From the NCBI GenBank assembly GCA_020536535.1, contig JAHLWZ010000721.1, positions 62,001 through 126,000 of the forward strand: a stretch of DNA of 64,000 nucleotides, read 5' to 3'. Shown here one piece after another: positions 51,155 to 62,843 of the stretch; position 1 is the first letter of the stretch, and each line of letters starts with the position of its first letter. This DNA is from Pelomyxa schiedti. Lineage: Eukaryota > Protista > Evosea. A model generated the notes under the pieces. It did no database searches, was not told the origin of the DNA, and worked only from the letters and a program-made list of their open reading frames with translations. The position numbers and the translations under genes are program-made.

Positions 51155-52438
51155 TCAATGAAAACAGAAGGGACGACCGAGATCATAGGGACGATCCAAA
51201 GGGAGAGTGGCCTGAAGCACAGTGAACCCTGTGAATGGTTCCGTCACTCTCAATTCATTATCATCAAGTGAAAACAACATGCCAGCCTCTGCCTCCACAC
51301 GACGTTGCACATTTTGGTCTGTGTTAGGAATCCTCAACAGCGGCTTGGTCAAGTCATTGCAGTCCCAAATGTCCAACAGCCTAGCATAAACAACAACGAA
51401 CAGATTTGAACTCAATTGCGACACGGTGCTGGCTCTTCCAGTTTGTTGGAGCAAAACCTTTGTGGGAGTCTTTTCAGAAAACAGGATACAGAAAGCACCA
51501 CCAGGTGGACGAAACAGCGCCTTCCCAATGAAACATCGGGAGCCATCTCTCTTCAAAAGAACTCCAGGATAACACAGGAGTGTCCCTTCAAGAAACTCAG
51601 AGCTTGTTTCACTCAACACACACAATGACTGGGAATTGAAGGACCTCTCAACATCAATCACCAGAAATGCAATGCATCCAGGAGACTTGCGGACATGCAC
51701 CAAAGCAACAACCTCGTTTGGTGCCGACTTGTTGAAGAAAAGCATATTTACGTCGTGAGTCACAGCAGAGTAAGAAAGCCTTACAACAACAGAAGTGACA
51801 GCAGGCTCCTCGTCCGCCAACCTTCCAATCGAGAGCCCCAACATGTTTCTTTCATCGAAGTCACTTGGAAATCCACAAGCCACGAACCACACGTGATTCA
51901 CAGCGTACCCCGTACTGCTTCTAAATGGCTCCTGTGGTGGCATAGCCCTCGGATACAGAGACTCCACAGCGCCAGTGACCAAGTCATGCAACATAAAAGG
52001 TGGCTCCAGGCGCCGCCTGCTGTCGACCCACTCCATGTCTAGTTGGCTCCTTCCTCTCACATCCTCAAACGTGATCGCTGGATCATCGCGGCCAACGAGT
52101 CCCAGCACAAGCGGCGACACCTCAAACCTGATCAGCCACGAAACGTCGCAGGCAAAGCGAGCGGACCCGACGGCAAATCTTTCGCGGGTATCCTGGGCCA
52201 TCTCCCACACCAGCCGCACTGCGCTCGCTGCCTCTGAAGCGGAATTATGGGCAGCGGTTGTGGCCGTGTCGTACTCGAGGGAGCGACGGGGCCACCAACC
52301 GCACCTTGGGTGTGAAACAAGACACAGTGCAACAAATTGGTCGACTGCACGAAGTGTCCCATAAACTGTTGGTGTTGGCACCCCCTGAATAACCGACTGT
52401 ACTTGTGGTAGCGTCGTTGCGTAAAACCATTTGTCCAT
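51155..52438 (-). CDS. Lineage-specific HPRCG-family hypothetical protein, copy 2
   Basis: Intronless ORF with YGTLRAVDQFVALCLVSHPRCG; same C-terminus PFCFH as copy 1. Confidence 0.8.
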   Translation of the reverse strand: MDKWFYATTLPQVQSVIQGVPTPTVYGTLRAVDQFVALCLVSHPRCGWWPRRSLEYDTATTAAHNSASEAASAVRLVWEMAQDTRERFAVGSARFACDVSWLIRFEVSPLVLGLVGRDDPAITFEDVRGRSQLDMEWVDSRRRLEPPFMLHDLVTGAVESLYPRAMPPQEPFRSSTGYAVNHVWFVACGFPSDFDERNMLGLSIGRLADEEPAVTSVVVRLSYSAVTHDVNMLFFNKSAPNEVVALVHVRKSPGCIAFLVIDVERSFNSQSLCVLSETSSEFLEGTLLCYPGVLLKRDGSRCFIGKALFRPPGGAFCILFSEKTPTKVLLQQTGRASTVSQLSSNLFVVVYARLLDIWDCNDLTKPLLRIPNTDQNVQRRVEAEAGMLFSLDDNELRVTEPFTGFTVLQATLPLDRPYDLGRPFCFH

Positions 52439-52470
52439 TATTATTAATAATGGGACGGCCAATCAGAAGT

Positions 52471-53060
52471 TGGGACTCACACTAAAAAATTCGTTTTGAT
52501 GAATCAGAGTGTTGTTCTCAGTCGGGGGTGGATGGAAAAATCTGCTCTTTTGGATTTAGCTGGCCCAAAGGGTGGACCAGAAAATGTGCTTGGTCCTGCA
52601 GCAGTCTCTGTGCCCTGAAGGGAGAAAGGAATTTTTTTTGCCCAAAAGTGCCCTGGTCCAGAAAAAAAAAAATCCGGTCCGGAAAAATAATTCTTTTTTT
52701 CTGTGAAATAAACACACATGCAGCAGGCACAGAGGACATTAAATGTGCATGGCAATGCTGTTGTAGTCACCCATAACAAGTTGTACTGAGATGGCACAGT
52801 GTCTCTCTGGAGGTGACTTGTCCTCAGTGTGACGTTGACTCAATACCTTGGTTTTAAGTCATTACTGTTGCTGGTTGTGACAATAATATTGAGTTGTCCA
52901 TGTTACAACAAGCTCTGACAACCACATGCCTCACACCCTGTGACAAAACCACAGGCCACAGAAATTCACAGAAAAAAAGTATTTTTTTTACGGACCGGCT
53001 TTTTTTCCCCTGGACCAGATTTTCGTTTTTTGGACCAAAAACCCCCTAGTGTGAGTCCCA
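52471..53060. mobile_element. Non-autonomous MITE-like element with 14-bp terminal inverted repeats and a 5-bp flanking direct repeat
   Basis: tgggactcacacta (52471-52484) / tagtgtgagtccca (53047-53060); gaagt on both flanks (52466-52470, 53061-53065); internal imperfect inverted repeat at about 52651-52709 / 52962-53018. Confidence 0.6.
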
Positions 53061-53316
53061 GAAGTGTAGTTAACTACAAATTCTGTGAAATGCATTTTCT
53101 AAGTCGAGTAAAACCAATCACGACTTGTTTATTGACCAATGAATGCTCTCCCAAGAATAAGTAGTAGTAAGTTTCGATTTACTAATGGTGGTCTTCCTAT
53201 TCCCACTTTTTCAACGGGATTACTCACAGAACACACCAAACCAACTTGGTGTTGTAGTCAACTACATTGGCCGTCCCAATTCATAATTAATATGAATAAT
53301 TAATAATTATGATGAG

Positions 53317-55890
53317 ATGGAACTTCTGGGGGTGTATTTTACTACTTTTCTCCCACACATGACATCCAGTGCTCCGATTAACGTCACATGTTCTTTCGCG
53401 CCCAGTCTTCGTAGTCCTATCGATGTTCGCGACCCAATGGACATCCAAGTGCAGGTGCACACGAGTATGAATATCACCAACTGGACAGCAGAACACTTGT
53501 GGGCTCCCACCACAGGTGTGTTGGTGTTTGTTCTATTATTTTTTTTGTAACCTCTTCATAAGCCTCTCTCGACTCAGATGTTATTTCTAATCTGCACATG
53601 GAACCTTTGAGTGATGTGACCTTTGAATCCATTCCTGGTTGCCTTGTAATCACAGTTTATAATGCATCCCACAGTACTATGAATAGAACTCGCATCCAGA
53701 TTCCACTATGTATTTTCAATGTCCCCAGAATTTCTAACTACCCCACGTAAAAGATATTTTCTTGAAGAGACTTTATGAGCCGTACAAAACCAGAAACATC
53801 ATTATTAATTTACTTGTGTTTGGGATGTCAGGAGCAGGGAAGTCTGAATTCATCAACAGCTGTACAACTGCAATTTCCCAAGTCAAAGTACCTTCAGTAT
53901 GTTATTTATAGTGAAGTGCAAATATTTCAACTAAATAGCCAAGATTGCACTAGCCTCAGGAAGCACATCAATGGTAACAAATACGTTTCGTGGCTATCGC
54001 CTGATACCTTTTGAGAGTGAATTTACCCTCTTAGATGATATGAAGTCTTGTGTTGAAAGGTGAAATGGCGCACGGAACATCTCTGACAGCCAGGGTTTAC
54101 ATTCCCCAAAATTCATTGATAATTATCCACCTCGGACAGAGCGGCTACAGCAAAAGAAAAGCGCCAATCCACTGTGTTATTTTCTTCCTCCCAGCATCTG
54201 AGCTAGACACCTCTCCCCCCAGTACTCTCTGTAAGAGAATCCAGCCATTTATGGAAATCACAAAAAGGCTTGGTAACTGAGGTCTCGTTCTTTTCGTTCT
54301 CATGTTATTTTTTCAGGAATTCCAGCCATTTTGGCTCTTAGTTTGGCAGATCGGCTTGTTTCAGATTGGGCCAACTTTCCTAGATACTATGTGCAGACAG
54401 CAGCAAGTATGTTCAGCCTGCCTGAAACCTGTGTTTTTCCACTGGTTTCCTACTATGGGGCATCAATAAAGAACAGTGTGACTGACAAGATTATTCTACG
54501 AGTATTGTTTGGATCTGAGTTACTGGACTGTTTCTTTCAATTATTGGGAAACTTGGTACCTGTTCCTTTTCTTTTTTTTTTTCTTTTTGGAAGGATTACC
54601 TGTTCATGGGATTCCTGTATCATTGTACTTCTTCCAATATTCCTGAAGAAACCATCTTCCAACGTATTTTGATGAGGGACTAGTAGAACCGGCACTGTTG
54701 TTGCTGAACACATTCCTATGGCTAATTGCACCTATTGCAGAGGAATAAGAAGCTCTCTGGAGAAGACGGTGATATAATAAGCATGGAGATGAACCCTTTT
54801 GGCAAGTATGGGCAAACAAGAAACTTCTTTTTTGGCACCCTAAGTACTGTGTAGTAATGAGCCTATAAAGAGTTCAGCACCCCAACATCCCAAGGTTTTA
54901 CACAAGTGTTGAAACAGCAAGCGAAATTTACATCCCCATGCAGCTGTAGGCCAAACTCCCCCATCTCTGTGGTTTAATGGACAATGATTCTGTGCTTAGG
55001 ATTGATGGCGTTACCTTGCGTTCCTGGCGCGAAAAGCAACATGGAGTTCAGGAAGAGACCGCAAACACCAAAATCTAGGAGAAAGATGTTTCCCGTCGTG
55101 GCTTCAAGGGGCTTGCCCACCAGGACATCAAGGTTGGTGTTACCTTTGATGTACTAAATAAATACTGCTGTTTGCTAAGTTGCATGGCAATCCAGCCCGA
55201 CAATATCTTGGTGGAAGCCACGACGGGAAACATCTTTCTCCTAGGTTTTGGTGTTTGCGGTCATTCTGATTACTTGCGAACCTTCGTTGGTACCCGTGGG
55301 TACCAAGGTGTGCAACTCTCTAATGTTACACCATTGACTTGAAGAACAGCGGTCCAGTGCAGGCCACTACAGCAATAAAGTGGATATTTGGTCCTTTGGA
55401 GCAGTTATCCATTACATGTTTATTGTAAACCATCCTTTTTACCTGGTGACCAATTAATATAGATTCACGGGGAAATCACCATTTAAGACTTACCATGAGG
55501 TGAAGGAAGGACTGAATATTGACGGGCTATCTGCTTCTGATTCTGGTGTGTGGGTTGCCACTTTTCGCATTCCCTTTCTCACGCAAGTATGAAGCCCGAG
55601 TGCTATTAAGAAAGATGCTGTCGTACCATGCAAGAAACAGGCCATCAGTAGAAAATCTGTGTGAAAATCCTTGGTTCTTGTTGGCTGCATACACACCTAT
55701 TCCTACAGCTACACCCGTGGCTACACCTGCAGCTACTACTGCACCCAGTCACCAATCCCAAGACAGCGACAGGGTCCATCTTTTTTTTTGGATTTCCTCT
55801 GTGGACCTCAATGGACCTCCCGCAGGCTGCAACATCACTGCCCGCAGTTCGTGGCCTGTCCCGGTTACTCTTATTTGTACACAGTATTAA
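53317..55890 (+). pseudogene. IFI44-like P-loop GTPase fused to a disrupted Ser/Thr protein kinase domain
   Basis: INLLVFGMSGAGKSEFINS P-loop and IHCVIFFLPAS. Kinase remnants HPNI, HQDIKPDNIL, LGFG (for DFG), TFVGTRGY, KVDIWSFG, with an in-frame TAG at 55076-55078. The GTPase part could still be expressed. Confidence 0.6.
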
Positions 55891-55918
55891 CACGGGGTAT
55901 TTTTTGTGTTTGCTTTTT

Positions 55919-58900
55919 TCAAAGTGATGGTGAAGGGATGGGTGCTGGACTTCCAAGCTGTTCTTGACTACTTCCCAAGTACTGGCTGGAATTCTCACTG
56001 AACGGCGGTGATGGTGCATTAGGAATGGTGTTTGTGCACATCTGAGGCGGCTTGATTTGTGCCGGAGGCGGGGCCGCATCGCCCTTCTCCTCATCATCAT
56101 CCCTACTAGCCCGGGCTTCCTCATCCCGGCTTGACCTCCTGATGGTTCCGTCGAAGGTGGTGTGCCTGCTGGAAACGTGGTCCTCGCGGACATGTGGAGC
56201 CGGTGCTTCGCGCTCCTTCACGCTTACTTCGCGGTTCACCAGATTGAACATCGGGCGTATGGCCTGGTCGATGTGGTCCGGGAATCCTCGGTGGTGCCCA
56301 AAGAGCATGCATACGGTAAGAATTAGTTTGGATGATGTGTGCCAGGTTCCGCTGAAGCTGAACGGCTTATTGGGGTATCTTGGTGTAGAAATTAAAAATG
56401 AGGGCTTGCCAAATTTAGGAGAAAAATATACCCAAGAGATAATCCGACATTGGCATAGCCGGAAATAACTTCAAAGAGTACCTAATGAACAAATTTGGTC
56501 AACTATATGGTACACATATAAATACCTTGAAGTGAGTGAAATTCGGGTCAGACGTGATTTTATTACCCTCGATGGTACAAATAACGAAGAAAGGAAGCAC
56601 AACCCAGAGGATATCCGAGATCATTTGTTTCTTGGTGTGATACAGAGCACCTGCAGATTAATCTTGATAAGTACCTTTCCTTCCAACAACAAGTGGATGC
56701 ATACGTGAATCGGATCCACCAGGTGTTTGCATGAACGAAGGAGTAGTGGATGTAGACCTCATCACAATTGTCATGGGGTAGGTTGACATGTACAACATAA
56801 TAGCAGTCAAGACAAGCATCCCTATTTATTTTAAATGCTTATCCCAACTGGTAGCAAACAAACCCGGTTGTAGGAGATTCATATCAAAAACATTAAATCC
56901 AGTAGTTCTAGAGCATATTGCCTGAAATAGGGTCATCGTAACTTTTTGGAACCAGTTGCATCCAATTCCAACACTATCAAAGTACATTATCAATGAGGAG
57001 ATGGAAGTGCAATGTACATGTTCCAGTTTAGACCCATTAAGAAAGACCATTCAATGCCCGTAGCAGCCAACAGAATGAATAAAAGGTTTCTGTTTTCATT
57101 TTTTGGGAATATTACAGTAGTTACACTCCGGGAGTTGTGCTTGATATAATACAGAGTCCCATAATCTTGGTTAAATTTCTTCTTCAGCTGGTAGATGCCA
57201 ACAACAATTAAACGTAACAATACAGGAAGCCTATAAACAGGTAATCTTTCCAAAAGAAAGGAAAAAGAAGATGTACCAAGTTTGACCCAATAATTGAAAC
57301 AGTCCGGTAATTATGAGTGCAAGTGGGCTTGTATAAAATGCCATCATGCCCTCTGCCAGTAATGAGAGGCCAACATTATTTACAGCACTTATGGACTGAA
57401 ATACGGCAAACCAGAAAAGAGGGATGTTACGGGACTTGAGGAGAGTCTGGGTTGGATTAGATTCTCTGTTGACTGTGTAATAGCAGTCTCCATTTTTTTG
57501 CTCACCCTATAATCTGTCACGTAGACATAGATGGTAAAGCATATGACGGCTAGGATAATGCACGAAGCTACATATAACGGAATGAGAACCACCAAGAAGT
57601 CCACTGCATTATCTTCCACAGCTTCAGTGTTCCTCACAAACTTATTGTTCAGAGTTTCAAACTCGGCTGAGGTTGTGGTGGTGGAAGTTGCAGGTTGTTT
57701 GGTGGAGTCAGACTTGTCTTCTTCCTTAATTGCGTCTGGTGACTTTCCACCATTCGAACTTGTTTCACTGTCAGTGGTTTTGGCAGTTGTACCAGCTTTA
57801 TCTCCTTCTCGGTCCTTTGATTGGAGTTCTGCTTTTTCTTTTTTTGGGTCTTTCGGTTCCTGTGGGCGTTTCCACACAAATTTCCGCAGTAGAAGCGGAA
57901 TTGTAGAGTCAAAGCCAAGGCCCCCAAATAACATTAGAAAACACGCCACTGCTTGCGTTGCATGTGTTGATGCAGGGAAATCGAGAGTCGTTAGTCCAGT
58001 GACTGTAGCAGCTGACATGCACAAGAACAGGGAGTCGACATAAAATGCCCACGTTGATCCTGCATCAGTACCAGTGGGAATGGTTCCAGTATGTTTCTCA
58101 ACAAAGAAAATAATCAAGGAACAAAACAGTGCTTCTAGTATTACATAAGCCACGTGAGCATACATGTAGTTGAAGTTTGCTCGGGAAAAGGCTTTGAAGA
58201 AAGCCGTTCTTAGTATACTCTTGAGGCGAGTAATGCAAAGGCACCGACAGCAACAATTCCTATGCGCAGGAACAGTGTGAACAGTAGTAGACGTGACACA
58301 AGTTGCAGTGTTTGAAGTCCGGCCGCTTTCATGATAGGAAGTTCTCCTATTAGCAGCGAATTCCAAGTCATCCAATTCCAGGGTGGAATCCAGGCTCTGC
58401 TCCCTGGCATTCCTTGTGGCCCTTTCCACAAAGCAAAATCTATCAGGGTCATTTATAGCGGCATTAACGGCCCCAAATGAGCCAATTCCGCCCGTGCTGG
58501 ACTCAAAATGCAACTGATCACCATCGGGATCCCCCAAGCTCTCGCGGCTGTGATAGTGACGGGAGGTGACGTCATAGAATCTGGCGCCGTTGTCGTCAAA
58601 TCCAGGAGACTGGGAGTAATCTGACTTCCTCAATCCCAAACGGCCACCACCGTCGCCGACTGGAGCAGCGGCGGCACCAACGGCGAAATCACGGTGGAGT
58701 CCCACAATCCCCGCGTCGGGCTCGGCGCCGGCGACGGGGTGGCCGGAGCCATTCCAAGAAGACGGCGACGACCGCGAAAAGGACGAGGAAGGCGAGGGGT
58801 CGTAGGGACTGGGGCCCGAGGGCGAGGTTGATTTCGACGGCGAGGTGTCGTGGTTGCGGTGGTGTTGGCGGCGGTGCCTGGGGTGGTGGTGGCGGTGGTG

Positions 58901-59064
58901 CCGGTGGTGGCGATTATGGGTGTGGCTGTGGTGCGCCGGGGTGCTGGTGTCTCCGTCCGGGTCGGCGTCTGCGTCAGAGTCAGACTGCACCTCTGAGGAC
59001 TCCTGCAAAATTTAAGGAAGCAGTAAAAGCGCAAGCGCATCAGGCATACACTTCCGGCTCTCAT
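55919..59064 (-). CDS. Trk/HKT (TrkH) family cation (K+) transporter, multi-exon
   Basis: Pore-loop motifs DSLFLCMSAATVTGL, SAVNNVGLSL, FQAICSRTTGF, FEVISGYAN; C-terminal MLFGHHRGFPDHIDQAI. Confidence 0.88.
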
Positions 59065-59845
59065 TTCACAGGCAGTTCTCTGAAAAAAAGCGAAGAGAAG
59101 GGGAAACACAAACGCAGAAAAGGAGTAAAAAAAATAAAATAACAAAAAGGAAATGACCCAAGCGGTGGTGGGACCACATGGTTGGTAACCGAGGTCCAGT
59201 CGGATTGGATAGTCCGTAGATCCCGGTCGAAGCATAAGCCCCCCCCTGCCTTTTGGTGGTCCCTCGGTGGGGGTGTCGCATTGTCTGCCCTCGCCGTTGA
59301 AATTGCCCCCAGCACGCAGAATCACAGAGTACCCGTACCCCCTCGAGCGGGAGGAGGGGCAGAGAAACTCCTGACGGAGTCTCCTGCGCCCTCCCCCACC
59401 CGGGGAGGCCTGATAGGGTCCTGCTGTTTTAGCATGTGGGAACCGGCGGGGACATGCCCCCTACACTTTACCCCAGAGACCAGACAGAGAGGGGCTCATT
59501 TCTTGCGAGTAGTTGAGGCGATGTTTTATCGAAGTAACCATGCCAGTATTTGAGCACCTTTTTTCTCAAGTCAGTTTCCGAAAAACAAGCCCAACACTGA
59601 GCCTAAAGTGCGTAGGAAAAACTGCCTCCTGATCCCTTATGGGATAGCCTCTGCTCATTTCGAAATCTCAAAAATCACAGCACTGGTAACTCCTGTCCCT
59701 CTTGCACAATGCATCTATTCCTCTCCACGTTCCTCCTTTGCTCTCAGAACTCCCACACAGCAGGAGTTCTTCTTCCCGGAATTCGTGTTGCTTCAGAACC
59801 AAAAAAAAAAAAAAGAAAAAAGAGAAAAAAAAAATCACCAACTGA

Positions 59846-61367
59846 ATGTTCACGTCGCCGTGGAAGAAGGGGCTCGCGGTCGCCGCGGCCGCCGTCGCGG
59901 CGACAGCCACGGTGGCGCTGGCCGCCACGAAGCTGTACGAGGTGTCGGTGGGCGCGGGGGGCGTCCGCGTGCCCGACGACGCGGTGGTCATGACCCGCGA
60001 GCAGCGCGAGGACGAGCTGGGCCGCATCCGCGCGCAGGCCGAGGACCTCGACGCCCTGCGCTCCAAGGTCGGCGAGCTGGAGCGCCTCCGCGCCCTGGTG
60101 CAGGAGATCGACGGGCTGCGGGCGCAGGTGCTGGACACCGACCGCCTGAGGGCGAGGGTCGCGGAGCTCGAGGCGGAGGGACGCAGGGCCGAGGAGGACG
60201 CCCAGGCCGCGGAGACCGAGATGGGCGACCTCAAGGGCAAAATGGACGACATGGCCAAGCAAAACGACGAACTCAAGAAGAAGGTTCACTCTTTGTTTTA
60301 AATTCGTTGACTAGTTGATAAATTGAGAAATTGGTTCTGATATCGGTCAAACTAATAAGAAAAGTAACCAGTAACAGTGCATAATGTAATTAACAATTGA
60401 ACCAAAAAGGGTGAAGCGGCTGAAACGGCTCAGTTAGAACAGACCCAACTGGTGCACCTCCACTCTAAAAGAAATACTCAGTAACGGAAACAATAGGTTG
60501 CAAAGTTACAAGCTGAAAACACTGCCCTCCATAATGAAATCTCGGCATTCCCGCACCAGTTGACTGATTGTATATGGAAGCACCCTATTCTCTGGAGTCT
60601 TACTTTTGGGGATACTCTCAAGAAAATGGCACTCCCACTGGAATGCACTAATGTTGTCAGTAACAATAGCTGGACTGGTATTGTGACATCACATTCCAAC
60701 TTCAAACAAACCAAACAAAAAAGTTGAGATGAAGGTTAAGATCAATGCCTTCGACGAACGCCAAGACACCTGCCTCCTTGCCAGCCAAGTTGCCGCTCCC
60801 GAAAGAAATGGATTTCTCCACCTTGTGCTCCGAACCAAGAAGCCATATTTGGGTTTCTGGGATAATGACACATGGGCAAAGGATAGGCCACTCAATGTTG
60901 GCCATTGGTTTGTACCACCAAAACTCAACCCCAATCCACAAATAAAAATGAAATACAATAAAATGCAACAAACAAACAAACAAAAAACAACCCGGCAACA
61001 TTTACCAACCTTCCAAAACAAAAGGTACCACCTGGTGTTTGCCTACGATAAGGTGAAGCAAGGCCAGTACATATACGTGAACGGCAGTGCTTCCTCCACC
61101 ACCGGCGTGATATTCTCCACCGGTCAGGGTCAGTGCGTGCCCTCCACTGTCCACCCTCCACTTGTCATACAGCAGCAGCAGCTTCAGCCCCTGGTGGTCG
61201 GAAGCTGTGATGTCCCTATCACAGAAGCTGTGCACTACACACCGCAGCTCAATGGCGAGATTGAGTATCTGTGCATCTATCCATATGTAGTACCCTCTGC
61301 AATTATAAAGGCACACGCCCAGGCCTCTATCCCAACCCTTGCTGCTGCCAAAACAGCCAAGTCCTAA
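59846..61367 (+). CDS. N-terminally anchored coiled-coil protein with a C-terminal LamG/concanavalin-like domain
   Basis: Hydrophobic Ala/Val N-terminus; heptad coiled coil; YHLVFAYD..YIYVNG..LVVG..LNGEIEYLCIY. Confidence 0.65.
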
Positions 61368-61608
61368 CCCTCCCACTCTTAATACTCAAAAACCAAAAAA
61401 AAAAAAAAAGAGTGTTTTGTCTAAACTTCGGATTTTCGACACCCTCGAGTTGCAAAAATGCTGGCTGAGAACAGGCAGTGCAAAAAGACTGCACAATGCC
61501 TGCACCTTTGTTCAGGTAAAACGGAACAAAAACTGGAACGTGAATGTGATTTAACAAAATCAAACAAAACCCAATCAACTGCGCAACCAACGAGAAAAAA
61601 AAGGGAAG

Positions 61609-62779
61609 ATGTTGCGGCAGGAGGACCCTCTCATAGGTGGCAGCAGAGAGAGTCGCAGTTCCGGGGGTGACGTAGACGTAGAAGTAGATCTGGCTGCTCG
61701 TTCGCCTGATGGCGGGAGAACGACACTGGAGTTTGGCAATGGCAATGGAAATGGCAATGGCCCTAGTTCCGCGTTTCAGTCTATTGCAGCAGGAGGAGGC
61801 ACATCCCATGCGGTCCTTGTTGGATCTTTGGGTGTGTTTGCTGTTATGACTGCCGCTGCTGTTTTTACTGCTGTGCTCGTTGTTGTTATTGCGCGTTCTC
61901 ACCGACGGCGTGACTTTAAAGAAGATCATGTTGACTCGCTGCTGACCAACGAAACTGAAAACAGACGAGCACCGGGGTTTACCACAGTCGAGGGAATAGT
62001 TGTTGCTGTAGTGGCTGTGACTGGGATCAGCGTTGTTTTTCTGGCATTCACTTTCATGCCTGCAAAGGTGCGGTTCTACAAATACACTATTTGCAAGACT
62101 CATTATACCACTTAGGTAAACAGTGGGTTTTTATCATTGATGATCTGGCTTGCTATTATTACAATCCTGTTTGTAGTAGCGCAGATGCTTTTGATCATAA
62201 TACGGAGACAGCACTTACCTGAACCTGAACTGGTGGTGGACACCGTGCAAGAAGAGCCCAGAGGGCCACTTGTATTATTAGGACGTACTGGAAGACAGAA
62301 TCATCTTGTATTTATCAACCCACTAAACTTGCGGCTGTCGCTTGTTGATAGAGATTTCACGGAGAATGGTTTGTTGTAAGAAAACCATTGACCTTTACTG
62401 AACTTAATAACCAGACTTCGATGCTTTGGCAGCACTCGACACTGTTTCTGATAGGCTAGACCAAATTATAGTGGATCCACGGAGCCTACAACATACCCGA
62501 GAGAGGATCGAGCAACTCCCTGTTCACGAATTCAGTGCAAACCCGAACCACTCTCCGGCACCAAGCGGAACACCGCAGGACAACAACGCTCCACCCACAG
62601 TTAACACTAGCAACACCATTGTACTATCTTGCCCCATCTGCCTGGATAATCTCCAAGCAGGTGAGAAAGTCAAAGTTTTGCCATGTCTTCACCAGTTCCA
62701 CGCTGAGTGTGTGGACAGATGGCTTGTAATTAAGCCCCACTGTCCCATTTGTAAATTTGACGCACTCCACACCACATAA
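61609..62779 (+). CDS. Transmembrane RING-H2 E3 ubiquitin ligase
   Basis: Three hydrophobic segments; LSLVDRDFTEND; RING-H2 CPICLD..LPCLHQFHAECVDRWL..CPIC. Confidence 0.85.
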
Positions 62780-62843
62780 GCAACACATTGTACAGTAACA
62801 CCCAAAGTAAAAAAAAAAGGCTGTAAAATTTTATTTGTTTCCT

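Noticed and set aside
59608-60318. Long overlapping alternative-frame and antisense ORFs (also near 27.5, 48.3-49.4 and 57.5 kb)
   Set aside because: Shadow ORFs of GC-rich coding exons with no domain signal.
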